A program made the position numbers and the translations under genes. From the NCBI GenBank assembly GCA_964016885.1, contig OZ024743.1:176018001-176082000 (forward strand): 64,000 nt of DNA. The letters run 5' to 3'. The notes beneath the pieces were generated by a model. The model had not been told where the DNA came from, searched no databases, and saw only the letters and a program-made list of their open reading frames with translations. Shown piece by piece: positions 1-14,317 of this stretch. Each line of letters starts with the position of its first letter. Positions within the stretch are counted from its first letter, which is position 1. The stretch comes from Eledone cirrhosa. Lineage: Eukaryota.

Positions 1-3000
1 AACAGTAGTAATAACAGCATTAACATTAGACACAGTAGCAGTAACAACAGCAGTAGTAACGACAACAGTAGCAGTAGTAACAACCCTGTAACAGTAGTAA
101 TAACAGCATTAACATTAGACACAGTAGCAGTAACAACAGCAGTAGTAACAGCAACAGTAGCAGTAGTAACAACAGCAGTAACAGTAGTAATAACAGCATT
201 AACATTAGACACAGTAGCAGTAACAACAGCAGTAGTAACAGCAACAGTAGCAGTAGTAACAACCCTGTAACAGTAGTAATAACAGCATTAACATTAGACA
301 CAGTAGCAGTAACAACAGCAGTAGTAACAACAACAGTAGTAGTAGTAACAACCCTGTAACTGTAGTAATAACAGCATTAACATTAGACACAGTAGCAGTA
401 ACAACAGCAGTAGTAACAGCAACAGTAGTAGTAGTAACAACCCTGTAACAGTAGTAATAACAGCATTAACATTAGACACAGTAGCAGTAACAACAGCAGT
501 AGTAACAACAACAGTAGTAGTAGTAACAACCCTGTAACAGTAGTAATAACAGCATTAACATTAGACACAGTAGCAGTAACAACAGCAGTAGTAACAGCAA
601 CAGTAGCAGTACCAACAACAGCAGTAACAGTAGTAATAACAGCATTAACATTAGACACAGTAGCAGTAACAACAGCAGTAGTAACAACAACAGTAGCAGT
701 AGTAACAACCCTGTAACAGTAGTAATAACAGCATTAACATTAGACACAGTAGCAGTAACAACAGCAGTAGTAACAGCAACAGTAGCAGTAGCAACAACCC
801 TGTAACAGTAGTAATAACAGCATTAACATTAGACACAGTAGCAGTAACAACAGCAGTAGTAGTAGTAACAATCCAGTAACAGTAGTAATAACAGCATTAA
901 CATTAGACACAGTAGCAGTAACAACAGCAGTAGTAACAGCAACAGTAGTAGTAGTAACAACCCAATAACAGTAGTAATAACAGCATTAACATTAGACACA
1001 GTAGCAGTAACAACAGCAGTAGTAACAGCAACAGTAGTAGTAGTAACAGCCCTGTAACAGTAGTAATAACAGCATTAACATTAGACACAGTAGCAGTAAC
1101 AACAGCAGTAGTAACAGCAACAGTAGCAGTAGTAACAACCCAGTAACAGTAGTAATAACAGCATTAACATTAGACACAGTAGCAGTAACGACAGCAGTAG
1201 TAACAACAACAGTAGTAGTAGTAACAACCCTGTAACAGTAGTAATAACAGCATTAACATTAGACACAGTAGCAGTAACAACAGCAGTAGTAACAACAACA
1301 GTAGCAGTAGTAACAACCCTGTAACAGTAGTAATAACAGCATTAACATTAGACACAGTAGCAGTAACAACAGCAGTAGTAACAGCAACAGTAGCAGTACC
1401 AACAACAGCAGTAACAGTAGTAATAACAGCATTAACATTAGACACAGTAGCAGTAACAACAGCAGTAGTAACAACAACAGTAGCAGTAGTAACAACCCTG
1501 TAACAGTAGTAATAACAGCATTAACATTAGACACAGTAGCAGTAACAACAGCAGTAGTAACAACAACAGTAGCAGTACCAACAACCCAGTAACAGTAGTA
1601 ATAACAGCATTAACATTAGACACAGTAGCAGTAACAACAGCAGTAGTAACAGCAACAGTAGCAGTAGCAACAACCCTGTAACAGTAGTAATAACAGCATT
1701 AACATTAGACACAGTAGCAGTACCAACAGCAGTAGTAGTAGTAACAATCCAGTAACAGTAGTAATAACAGCATTAACATTAGACACAGTAGCAGTAACAA
1801 CAGCAGTAGTAACAGCAACAGTAGCAGTACCAACAAACCAGTAACAGTAGTAATAACAGCATTAACATTAGACACAGTAGCAGTAACAACAGCAGTAGTA
1901 ACAGCAACAGTAGTAGTAGTAACAACCCAATAACAGTAGTAATAACAGAATTAACATTAGACACAGTAGCAGTAACAACAGCAGTAGTAACAGCAACAGT
2001 AGCAGTAGTAACAACCCAGTAACAGTAGTAATAACAGCATTAACATTAGACACAGTAGCAGTAACAACAGCAGTAGTAACAGCAACAGTAGTAGTAGTAA
2101 CAACCCAATAACAGTAGTAATAACAGCATTAACATTAGACACAGTAGCAGTAACAACAGCAGTAGTAACAGCAACAGTAGTAGTAGTAACAACCCTGTAA
2201 CAGTAGTAATAACAGCATTAACATTAGACACAGTAGCAGTAACAACAGCAGTAGTAACAGCAACAGTAGTAGTAGTAACAACCCTGTAACAGTAGTAATA
2301 ACAGCATTAACATTAGACACAGTAGCAGTAACAACAGCAGTAGTAACAATAACAGTAGCAGTAGTAACAACCCAGTAACAGTAGTAATAACAGCATTAAA
2401 GTTAGACACAGTAGCAGTAACAACAGCAGTAGTAACAGCAACAGTAGTAGTAGTAACAACCCTGTAACAGTAGTAATAACAGCATTAACATTAGACACAG
2501 TAGCAGTAACAACAGCAGTAGTAACAACAACAGTAGCAGTAGTAACAACCCTGTAACAGTAGTAATAACAGCATTAACATTAGACACAGTAGCAGTAACA
2601 ACAGCAGTAGTAACAACAACAGTAGCAGTACCAACAACCCAGTAACAGTAGTAATAACAGCATTAACATTAGACACAGTAGCAGTAACAACAGCAGTAGT
2701 AACAGCAACAGTAGCAGTAGCAACAACCCTGTAACAGTAGTAATAACAGCATTAACATTAGACACAGTAGCAGTACCAACAGCAGTAGTAGTAGTAACAA
2801 TCCAGTAACAGTAGTAATAACAGCATTAACATTAGACACAGTAGCAGTAACAACGGCAGTAGTAACAGCAACAGTAGCAGTACCAACAACCCAGTAACAG
2901 TAGTAATAACAGCATTAACATTAGACACAGTAGCAGTAACAACAGCAGTAGTAACAGCAACAGTAGTAGTAGTAACAACCCAATAACAGTAGTAATAACA

Positions 3001-6000
3001 GAATTAACATTAGACACAGTAGCAGTAACAACAGCAGTAGTAACAGCAACAGTAGCAGTAGTAACAACAGCAGTAACAGTAGTAATAACAGCATTAACAT
3101 TAGACACAGTAGCAGTAACAACAGCAGTAGTAACAACAACAGTAGTAGTAGTAACAACCCAGTAACAGTAATAATAACAGCATTAACATTAGACACAGTA
3201 GCAGTAACAACAGCAGTAGTAACCGCAACAGTAGCAGTAGTAACAACAGCAGTAACAGTAGTAATAACAGTATTAACATTAGACACAGTAGCAGTAACAA
3301 CAGCAGTAGTAACAGCAACAGTAGCAGTACCAACAACCCAGTAACAATAGTAATAACAGCATTAACATTAGACACAGTAGCAGTAACAACAGCAGTAGTA
3401 ACAGCAACAGTAGCAGTAGTAACAACAACAGTAACAGTAGTAATAACAGCATTAACATTAGACACTGTAGCAGTAACAACAGCAGTAGTAACAGCAACAG
3501 TAGCAGTAGTAACAACCCTGTAACAGTAGTAATAACAGCATTTACATTAGACACAGTAGCAGTAACAACAGCAGTAGTAACAGCAACAGTAGTAGTAGTA
3601 ACAACCCAATAACAGTAGTAATAACAGCATTAACATTAGACACAGAAGCAGTAACAACAGCAGTAGTAACAACAGCAGTAGTAGTAGTAACTACCCAGTA
3701 ACAGTAGTAATAACAGCATTAACATTAGACACAGTAGCAGTAACAACAGCAGTAGTAACAACAACAGTAGTAGTAGTAATAACATCATTAATATTAGACA
3801 CAGTAGCAGTAACAACAGCAGTAGTAACAGCAACAGTAGTAGTAGTAACAACCCAGTAACAGTAGTAATAACAGCATTAACATTAGACACAGAATCAGTA
3901 ATAACAGCAGTAGTAACAACAACAGTAGTAGTAGTAACAACCCTGTAACAGTAGTAATAACAGCATTAACATTAGACATAGTAGCAGTAACAACAGCAGT
4001 AGTAACAGCAATAGTAGCAGTACCAACAACCCAGTAACAGTAGTAAATACATCATTAACATTAGACACAGTAGCAGTAACAACAGCAGTAGTAACAGCAA
4101 CAGTAGCAGTACCAACAACCCAGTAACAGTAGTAATAACAGCATTAACATTAGACACAGTAGCAGTAACAACAGCAGTAGTAACAGCAACAGTAGCAGTA
4201 GTAACAACAGCAGTAACAGTAGTAATAACAGCATTAACAATAGACACAGTAGCAGTAACAACAGCAGTAGTAACAGCAACAGTAGCAGTAGTAACAACCC
4301 AGTAACAGTAGTAATAACAGCATTAACATTAGACACAGTAGCAGTAACAACAGCAGTAGTAACAGCAACAGTAGTAGTAGTAACAACCCAATAACAGTAG
4401 TAATAACAGCATTAACATTAGACACAGTAGCAGTAACAACAGCAGTAGTAACAGCAACAGTAGTAGTAGTAACAGCCCTGTAACAGTAGTAATAACAGCA
4501 TTAACATTAGACACAGTAGCAGTAACAACAGCAGTAGTAACAGCAACAGTAGCAGTAGTAACAACCCAGTAACAGTAGTAATAACAGCATTAACATTAGA
4601 CACAGTAGCAGTAACAACAGCAGTAGTAACAACAACAGTAGTAGTAGTAACAACCCTGTAACAGTAGTAATAACAGCATTAACATTAGACACAGTAGCAG
4701 TAACAACAGCAGTAGTAACAACAACAGTAGCAGTAGTAACAACCCTGTAACAGTAGTAATAACAGCATTAACATTAGACACAGTAGCAGTAACAACAGCA
4801 GTAGTAACAGCAACAGTAGCAGTACCAACAACAGCAGTAACAGTAGTAATAACAGCATTAACATTAGACACAGTAGCAGTAACAACAGCAGTAGTAACAA
4901 CAACAGTAGCAGTAGTAACAACCCTGTAACAGTAGTAATAACAGCATTAACATTAGACACAGTAGCAGTAACAACAGCAGTAGTAACAACAACAGTAGCA
5001 GTACCAACAACCCAGTAACAGTAGTAATAACAGCATTAACATTAGACACAGTAGCAGTAACAACAGCAGTAGTAACAGCAACAGTAGCAGTAGCAACAAC
5101 CCTGTAACAGTAGTAATAACAGCATTAACATTAGACACAGTAGCAGTACCAACAGCAGTAGTAGTAGTAACAATCCAGTAACAGTAGTAATAACAGCATT
5201 AACATTAGACACAGTAGCAGTAACAACAGCAGTATTAACAGCAACAGTAGCAGTACCAACAACCCAGTAACAGTAGTAATAACAGCATTAACATTAGACA
5301 CAGTAGCAGTAACAACAGCAGTAGTAACAGCAACAGTAGTAGTAGTAACAACCCAATAACAGTAGTAATAACAGAATTAACATTAGACACAGTAGCAGTA
5401 ACAACAGCAGTAGTAACAGCAACAGTAGCAGTAGTAACAACAGCAGTAACAGTAGTAATAACAGCATTAACATTAGACACAGTAGCAGTAACAACAGCAG
5501 TAGTAACAGCAACAGTAGCAGTAGTAACAACAGCAGTAACAGTAGTAATAACAGCATTAACATTAGACACAGTAGCAGTAACAACAGCAGTAGTAACAAC
5601 AACAGTAGTAGTAGTAACAACCCAGTAACAGTAATAATAACAGCATTAACATTAGACACAGTAGCAGTAACAACAGCAGTAGTAACCGCAACAGTAGCAG
5701 TAGTAACAACCCAATAACAGTAGTAATAACAGAATTAACATTAGACACAGTAGCAGTAACAACAGCAGTAGTAACAGCAACAGTAGCAGTACCAACAACC
5801 CAGTAACAATAGTAATAACAGCATTAACATTAGACACAGTAGCAGTAACAACAGCAGTAGTAACAGCAACAGTAGCAGTAATAACAACAACAGTAACAGT
5901 AGTAATAACAGCATTAACATTAGACACTGTAGCAGTAACAACAGCAGTAGTAACAGCAACAGTAGCAGTAGTAACAACCCTGTAACAGTAGTAATAACAG

Positions 6001-8487
6001 CATTTACATTAGACACAGTAGCAGTAACAACAGCAGTAGTAACAGCAACAGTAGTAGTAGTAACAACCCAATAACAGTAGTAATAACAGCATTAACATTA
6101 GACACAGAAGCAGTAACAACAGCAGTAGTAACAACAGCAGTAGTAGTAGTAACAACCCAGTAACAGTAGTAATAACAGCATTAACATTAGACACAGTAGC
6201 AGTAACAACATCAGTAGTAACAACAACAGTAGCAGTAGTAACAACCCAGTAACAGTAGTAATAACAGCATTAACATTAGACACAGTAGCAGTAACAACAG
6301 CAGTAGTAACAGCAACAGTAGTTGTAGTAACAACCCAATAACAGTAGTAATAACAGCATTAACATTAGACACAGTAGCAGTAACAACAGCAGTAGTAACA
6401 GCAACAGTAGTAGTAGTAACAACCCTGTAACAGTAGTAATAACAGCATTAACATTAGACACAGTAGCAGTAACAACAGCAGTAGTAACAGCAACAGTAGT
6501 AGTAGTAACAACCCTGTAACAGTAGTAATAACAGCATTAACATTAGACACAGTAGCAGTAACAACAGCAGTAGTAACAATAACAGTAGCAGTAGTAACAA
6601 CCCAGTAACAGTAGTAATAACAGCATTAACGTTAGACACAGTAGCAGTAACAACAGCAGTAGTAACAGCAACAGTAGTAGTAGTAACAACCCTGTAACAG
6701 TAGTAATAACAGCATTAACATTAGACACAGTAGCAGTAACAACAGCAGTAGTAACAACAACAGTAGCAGTAGTAACAACACAGTAACAGTAGCAATAACA
6801 GCATTAACATTAGACACAGTAGCAGTAACAACAGCAGTAGTAACAACAACAGTAGTAGTAGTAACAACCCTGTAACAGTAGTAATAACAACATTAACATT
6901 AGACATAGTAGCAGTAACAACAGCAGTAGTAACAGCAATAGTAGCAGTACCAACAACCCAGTAACAGTAGTAATAACAGCATTAACATTAGACACAGTAG
7001 CAGTAACAACAGCAGTAGTAACAACAACAGTAGCAGTAGTAACAACCCTGTAACAGTAGTAATAACAGCATTAACATTAGACACAGTAGCAGTAACAACA
7101 GCAGTAGTAACAACAACAGTAGTAGTAGTAACAACCCTGTAACAGTAGTAATAACAGCATTAACATTAGACACAGTAGCAGTAACAACAGCAGTAGTAAC
7201 AACAACAGTAGTAGTAGTAATAACAGCATTAATATTAGACACAGTAGCAGTAACAACAGCAGTAGTAACAACAACAGTAGTAGTAGTAACAACCCAGTAA
7301 CAGTAGTAATAACAGCATTAACATTAGACACAGAATCAGTAATAACAGCAGTAGTAACAACAACAGTAGTAGTAGTAACAACCCTGTAACAGTAATAATA
7401 ACAGCATTAACATTAGACATAGTAGCAGTAACAACAGCAGTAGTAACAGCAATAGTAGCAGTACCAACAACCCAGTAACAGTAGTAAATACAGCATTAAC
7501 ATTAGACACAGTAGCAGTAACAACAGCAGTAGTAACAGCAACAGTAGCAGTACCAACAACCCAGTAACAGTAGTAATAACAGCATTAACATTAGACACAG
7601 TAGCAGTAACAACAGCAGTAGTAACAGCAACAGTAGCAGTAGTAACAACAGCAGTAACAGTAGTAATAACAGCATTAACAATAGACACAGTAGCAGTAAC
7701 AACAGCAGTAGTAACAGCAACAGTAGCAGTAGTAACAACCCAGTAACAGTAGTAATAACAGCATTAACATTAGACACAGTAGCAGTAACAACAGCAGTAG
7801 TAACAGCAACAGTAGTAGTAGTAACAACCCAATAACAGTAGTAATAACAGCATTAACATTAGACTCAGTAGCAGTAACAACAGCAGTAGTAACAGCAACA
7901 GTAGTAGTAGTAACAACCCTGTAACAGTAGTAATAACAGCATTAACATTAGACACAGTAGCAGTAACAACAGCAGTAGTAACAACAGCAGTAGTAGTAGT
8001 AACAACACTGTAACAGTAGTAATAACAGCATTAACATTAGACACAGTAGCAGTAACAACAGCAGTAGTAACAGCAACAGTAGTAGTAGTAACAACCCAAT
8101 AACAGTAGTAATAACAGCATTAACATTAGACACAGTAGCAGTAACAACAGCAGTAGTAACAGCAACAGTAGTAGTAGTAACAACCCTGTAACAGTAGTAA
8201 TAACAGCATTAACATTAGACAGAGTAGCAGTAACAACAGCAGTAGTAACAATAACAGTAGCAGTAGTAACAACCCAGTAACAGTAGTAATAACAGCATTA
8301 ACGTTAGACACAGTAGCAGTAACAACAGCAGTAGTAACAACAACAGTAGCAGTAGTAACAACCCAATAACAGTAGTAATAACAACATTAACATTAGACAC
8401 AGTAGCAGTAACAACAGCAGTAGCAGTAGTAACAACCCTGTAACAGTACTAACAACAGCATTAACAGTAGTAATAACAGCATTAACA

Positions 8488-11400
8488 TTAGACACAGTAG
8501 CAGTAACAACAGCAGTAGTAACAGCAACAGTAGCAGTACCAACAACCCAGTAACAGTAGTAATAACAGCATTAACATTAGACACAGTAGCAGTAACAACA
8601 CCAGTAGTAACAGCAACATTAGCAGTAGTAACAACAGCAGTAACAGTAGTAATAACAGCATTAACATTAGACACAGTAGCAGTAACAACAGCAGTAGTAA
8701 CAGCAACAGTAGCAGTAGTAACAACAGCAGTAACAGTAGTAATGACAGCATTAACATTAGACACAGTAGCAGTAACAACAGCAGTAGTAACAACAACAGT
8801 AGTAGTAGTAACAACCCAGTAACAGTAGTAAAAACAGCATTAACATTAGACACAGTAGCAGTAACAACAGCAGTAGTAACAGCAACAGTAGCAGTACCAA
8901 CAACCCAGTAACAGTAGTAATAACAGCATTAACATTAGACACAGTAGCAGTAACAACAGCAGTAGTAACGACAACAGTAGCAGCAGTAACAACCCTGTAA
9001 CAGTAGTAATAACAGCATTAACATTAGACACAGTAGCAGTAACAACAGCAGTAGTAACAGCAACAGTAGCAGTAGTAACAACAGCAGTAACAGTAGTAAT
9101 AACAGCATTAACATTAGACACAGTAGCAGTAACAACAGCAGTAGTAACAGCAACAGTAGCAGTAGTAACAACCTTGTAACAGTAGTAATAACAGCATTAA
9201 CATTAGACACAGTAGCAGTAACAACAGCAGTAGTAACAACAACAGTAGTAGTAGTAATAACCCTGTAACTGTAGTAATAACAGCATTAACATTAGACACA
9301 GTAGCAGTAACAACAGCAGTAGTAACAGCAACAGTAGTAGTAGTAACAACCCTGTAACAGTAGTAATAACAGCATTAACATTAGACACAGTAGCAGTAAC
9401 AACAGCAGTAGTAACAACAACAGTAGTAGTAGTAACAACCCTGTAACAGTAGTAATAACAGCATTAACATTAGACACAGTAGCAGTAACAACAGCAGTAG
9501 TAACAACAAAAGTAGCAGTAGTAACAACCCTGTAACAGTAGTAATAACAGCATTAACATTAGACACAGTAGCAGTAACAACAGCAGTAGTAACAGCAACA
9601 GTAGCAGTACCAACAACAGCAGTAACAGTAGTAATAACAGCATTAACATTAGACACAGTAGCAGTAACAACAGCAGTAGTAACAACAACAGTAGCAGTAG
9701 TAACAACCCTGTAACAGTAGTAATAACAGCATTAACATTAGACACAGTAGCAGTAACAACAGCAGTAGTAACAGCAACAGTAGCAGTAGCAACAACCCTG
9801 TAACAGTAGTAATAACAGCATTAACATTAGACACATAGCAGTAACAACAACAGTAGCAGTAGTAACAACCCTGTAACAGTAGTAATAACAGCATTAACAT
9901 TAGACACAGTAGCAGTAACAACAGCAGTAGTAACAACAACAGTAGCAGTACCAACAACCCAGTAACAGTAGTAATAACAGCATTAACATTAGACACAGTA
10001 GCAGTAACAACAACAGTAGTAACAGCAACAGTAGCAGTAGCAACAACCCTGTAACAGTAGTAATAACAGCATTAACATTAGACACAGTAGCAGTACCAAC
10101 AGCAGTAGTAGTAGTAACAATCCAGTAACAGTAGTAATAACAGCATTAACATTAGACACAGTAGCAGTAACAACAGCAGTAGTAACAGCAACAGTAGCAG
10201 TACCAACAACCCAGTAACAGTAGTAATAACAGCATTAACATTAGACACAGTAGCAGTAATAACAGCAGTAGTAACAGCAACAGTAGTAGTAGTAACAACC
10301 CAATAACAGTAGTAATAACAGAATTAACATTAGACACAGTAGCAGTAACAACAGCAGTAGTAACAGCAACAGTAGCAGTAGTAACAACAGCAGTAACAGT
10401 AGTAATAACAGCATTAACATTAGACACAGTAGCAGTAACAACAGCAGTAGTAACAGCAACAGTAGCAGTAATAACAACAGCAGTAACAGTAGTAATAACA
10501 GCATTAACATTAGACACAGTAGCAGTAACAACAGCAGTAGTAACAACAACAGTAGTAGTAGTAACAACCCAGTAACAGTAATAATAACAGCATTAACATT
10601 AGACACAGTAGCAGTAACAACAGCAGTAGTAACAGCAACAGTAGCAGTAGTAACAACAGCAGTAACAGTAGTAATAACAGTATTAACATTAGACACAGTA
10701 GCAGTAACAACAGCAGTAGTAACAGCAACAGTAGCAGTACCAACAACCCAGTAACAATAGTAATAACAGCATTAACATTAGACACAGTAGCAGTAACAAC
10801 AGCAGTAGTAACAGCAACAGTAGCAGTAGTAACAACAACAGTAACAGTAGTAATAACAGCATTAACATTAGACACAGTAGCAGTAACAACAGCAGTAGTA
10901 ACAGCAACAGTAGCAGTAGTAACAACCCTGTAACAGTAGTAATAACAGCATTTACATTAGACACAGTAGCAGTAACAACAGCAGTAGTAACAGCAACAGT
11001 AGTAGTAGTAACAACCCAATAACAGTAGTAATAACAGCATTAACATTAGACACAGAAGCAGTAACAACAGCAGTAGTAACAACAGTAGTAGTAGTAGTAA
11101 CAACCCAGTAACAGTAGTAATAACAGCATTAACATTAGACACAGTAGCAGTAACAACAGCAGTAGTAACAGCAACAGTAGCAGTAGTAACAACCCAGTAA
11201 CAGTAGTAATAACAGCATTAACATTAGACACAGTAGCAGTAACAACAGCAGTAGTAACAACAACAGTAGTAGTAGTAACAACCCTGTAACAGTAGTAATA
11301 ACAGCATTAACATTAGACACAGTAGCAGTAACAACAGCAGTAGTAACAAGAACAGTAGCAGTAGTAACAACCCTGTAACAGTAGTAATAACAGCATTAAC

Positions 11401-14317
11401 ATTAGACACAGTAGCAGTAACAACAGCAGTAGTAACAGCAACAGTAGCAGTACCAACAACCCAGTAACAGTAGTAATAACAGCATTAACATTAGACACAG
11501 TAGCAGTAACAACACCAGTAGTAACAGCAACATTAGCAGTAGTAACAACAGCAGTAACAGTAGTAATAACAGCATTAACATTAGACACAGTAGCAGTAAC
11601 AACAGCAGTAGTAACAGCAACAGTAGCAGTAGTAACAACAGCAGTAACAGTAGTAATGACAGCATTAACATTAGACACAGTAGCAGTAACAACAGCAGTA
11701 GTAACAACAACAGTAGTAGTAGTAACAACCCAGTAACAGTAGTAAAAACAGCATTAACATTAGACACAGTAGCAGTAACAACAGCAGTAGTAACAGCAAC
11801 AGTAGCAGTACCAACAACCCAGTAACAGTAGTAATAACAGCATTAACATTAGACACAGTAGCAGTAACAACAGCAGTAGTAACGACAACAGTAGCAGCAG
11901 TAACAACCCTGTAACAGTAGTAATAACAGCATTAACATTAGACACAGTAGCAGTAACAACAGCAGTAGTAACAGCAACAGTAGCAGTAGTAACAACAGCA
12001 GTAACAGTAGTAATAACAGCATTAACATTAGACACAGTAGCAGTAACAACAGCAGTAGTAACAGCAACAGTAGCAGTAGTAACAACCTTGTAACAGTAGT
12101 AATAACAGCATTAACATTAGACACAGTAGCAGTAACAACAGCAGTAGTAACAACAACAGTAGTAGTAGTAATAACCCTGTAAATGTAGTAATAACAGCAT
12201 TAACATTAGACACAGTAGCAGTAACAACAGCAGTAGTAACAGCAACAGTAGTAGTAGTAACAACCCTGTAACAGTAGTAATAACAGCATTAACATTAGAC
12301 ACAGTAGCAGTAACAACAGCAGTAGTAACAACAACAGTAGTAGTAGTAACAACCCTGTAACAGTAGTAATAACAGCATTAACATTAGACACAGTAGCAGT
12401 AACAACAGCAGTAGTAACAACAAAAGTAGCAGTAGTAACAACCCTGTAACAGTAGTAATAACAGCATTAACATTAGACACAGTAGCAGTAACAACAGCAG
12501 TATTAACAGCAACAGTAGCAGTACCAACAACAGCAGTAACAGTAGTAATAACAGCATTAACATTAGACACAGTAGCAGTAACAACAGCAGTAGTAACAAC
12601 AACAGTAGCAGTAGTAACAACCCTGTAACAGTAGTAATAACAGCATTAGCATTAGACGCAGTAGCAGTAACAACAGCAGTAGTAACAGCAACAGTAGCAG
12701 TAGCAACAACCCTGTAACAGTAGTAATAACAGCATTAACATTAGACACATAGCAGTAACAACAACAATAGCAGTAGTAACAACCCTGTAACAGTAGTAAT
12801 AACAGCATTAACATTAGACACAGTAGCAGTAACAACAGCAGTAGTAACAACAACAGTAGCAGTACCAACAACCCAGTAACAGTAGTAATAACAGCATTAA
12901 CATTAGACACAGTAGCAGTAACAACAACAGTAGTAAACAGCAACAGTAGCAGTAGCAACAACCCTGTAACAGTAGTAATAACAGCATTAACATTAGACAC
13001 AGTAGCAGTACCAACAGCAGTAGTAGTGGTAACAATCCAGTAACAGTAGTAATAACAGCATTAACATTAGACACAGTAGCAGTAACAACAGCAGTAGTAA
13101 CAGCAACAGTAGCAGTACCAACAACCCAGTAACAGTAGTAATAACAGCATTAACATTAGACACAGTAGCAGTAATAACAGCATTAGTAACAGCAACAGTA
13201 GTAGTAGTAACAACCCAATAACAGTAGTAATAACAGAATTAACATTAGACACAGTAGCAGTAACAACAGCAGTAGTAACAGCAACAGTAGCAGTAGTAAC
13301 AACAGCAGTAACAGTAGTAATAACAGCATTAACATTAGACACAGTAGCAGTAACAACAGCAGTAGTAACAGCAACAGTAGCAGTAATAACAACAGCAGTA
13401 ACAGTAGTAATAACAGCATTAACATTAGACACAGTAGCAGTAACAACAGCAGTAGTAACAACAACAGTAGTAGTAGTAACAACCCAGTAACAGTAATAAT
13501 AACAGCATTAACATTAGACACAGTAGCAGTAACAACAGCAGTAGTAACAGCAACAGTAGCAGTAGTAACAACAGCAGTAACAGTAGTAATAACAGTATTA
13601 ACATTAGACACAGTAGCAGTAACAACAGCAGTAGTAACAGCAACAGTAGCAGTACCAACAACCCAGTAACAATAGTAATAACAGCATTAACATTAGACAC
13701 AGTAGCAGTAACAACAGCAGTAGTAACAGCAACAGTAGCAGTAGTAACAACAACAGTAACAGTAGTAATAACAGCATTAACATTAGACACAGTAGCAGTA
13801 ACAACAGCAGTAGTAACAGCAACAGTAGCAGTAGTAACAACCCTGTAACAGTAGTAATAACAGCATTTACATTAGACACAGTAGCAGTAACAACAGCAGT
13901 AGTAACAGCAACAGTAGTAGTAGTAACAACCCAATAACAGTAGTAATAACAGCATTAACATTAGACACAGAAGCAGTAACAACAGCAGTAGTAACAACAG
14001 TAGTAGTAGTAGTAACAACCCAGTAACAGTAGTAATAACAGCATTAACATTAGACACAGTAGCAGTAACAACAGCAGTAGTAACAGCAACAGTAGCAGTA
14101 GTAACAACCCAGTAACAGTAGTAATAACAGCATTAACATTAGACACAGTAGCAGTAACAACAGCAGTAGTAACAACAACAGTAGTAGTAGTAACAACCCT
14201 GTAACAGTAGTAATAACAGCATTAACATTAGACACAGTAGCAGTAACAACAGCAGTAGTAACAAGAACAGTAGCAGTAGTAACAACCCTGTAACAGTAGT
14301 AATAACAGCATTAACAT
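8488..14317. repeat. ~2914-bp tandem block duplication (~33 monomers) within the satellite
   Basis: Rare variants recur in the same order at +2914/+2915: ACACCAG..CATTAG near 8600/11514, AATGAC near 8741/11655, the ACACATAGC short unit at 9827/12741. ORF-track starts 8757/11671, 10152/13067 and 11313/14228 show the same offset. Boundaries are approximate. Confidence 0.85.
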
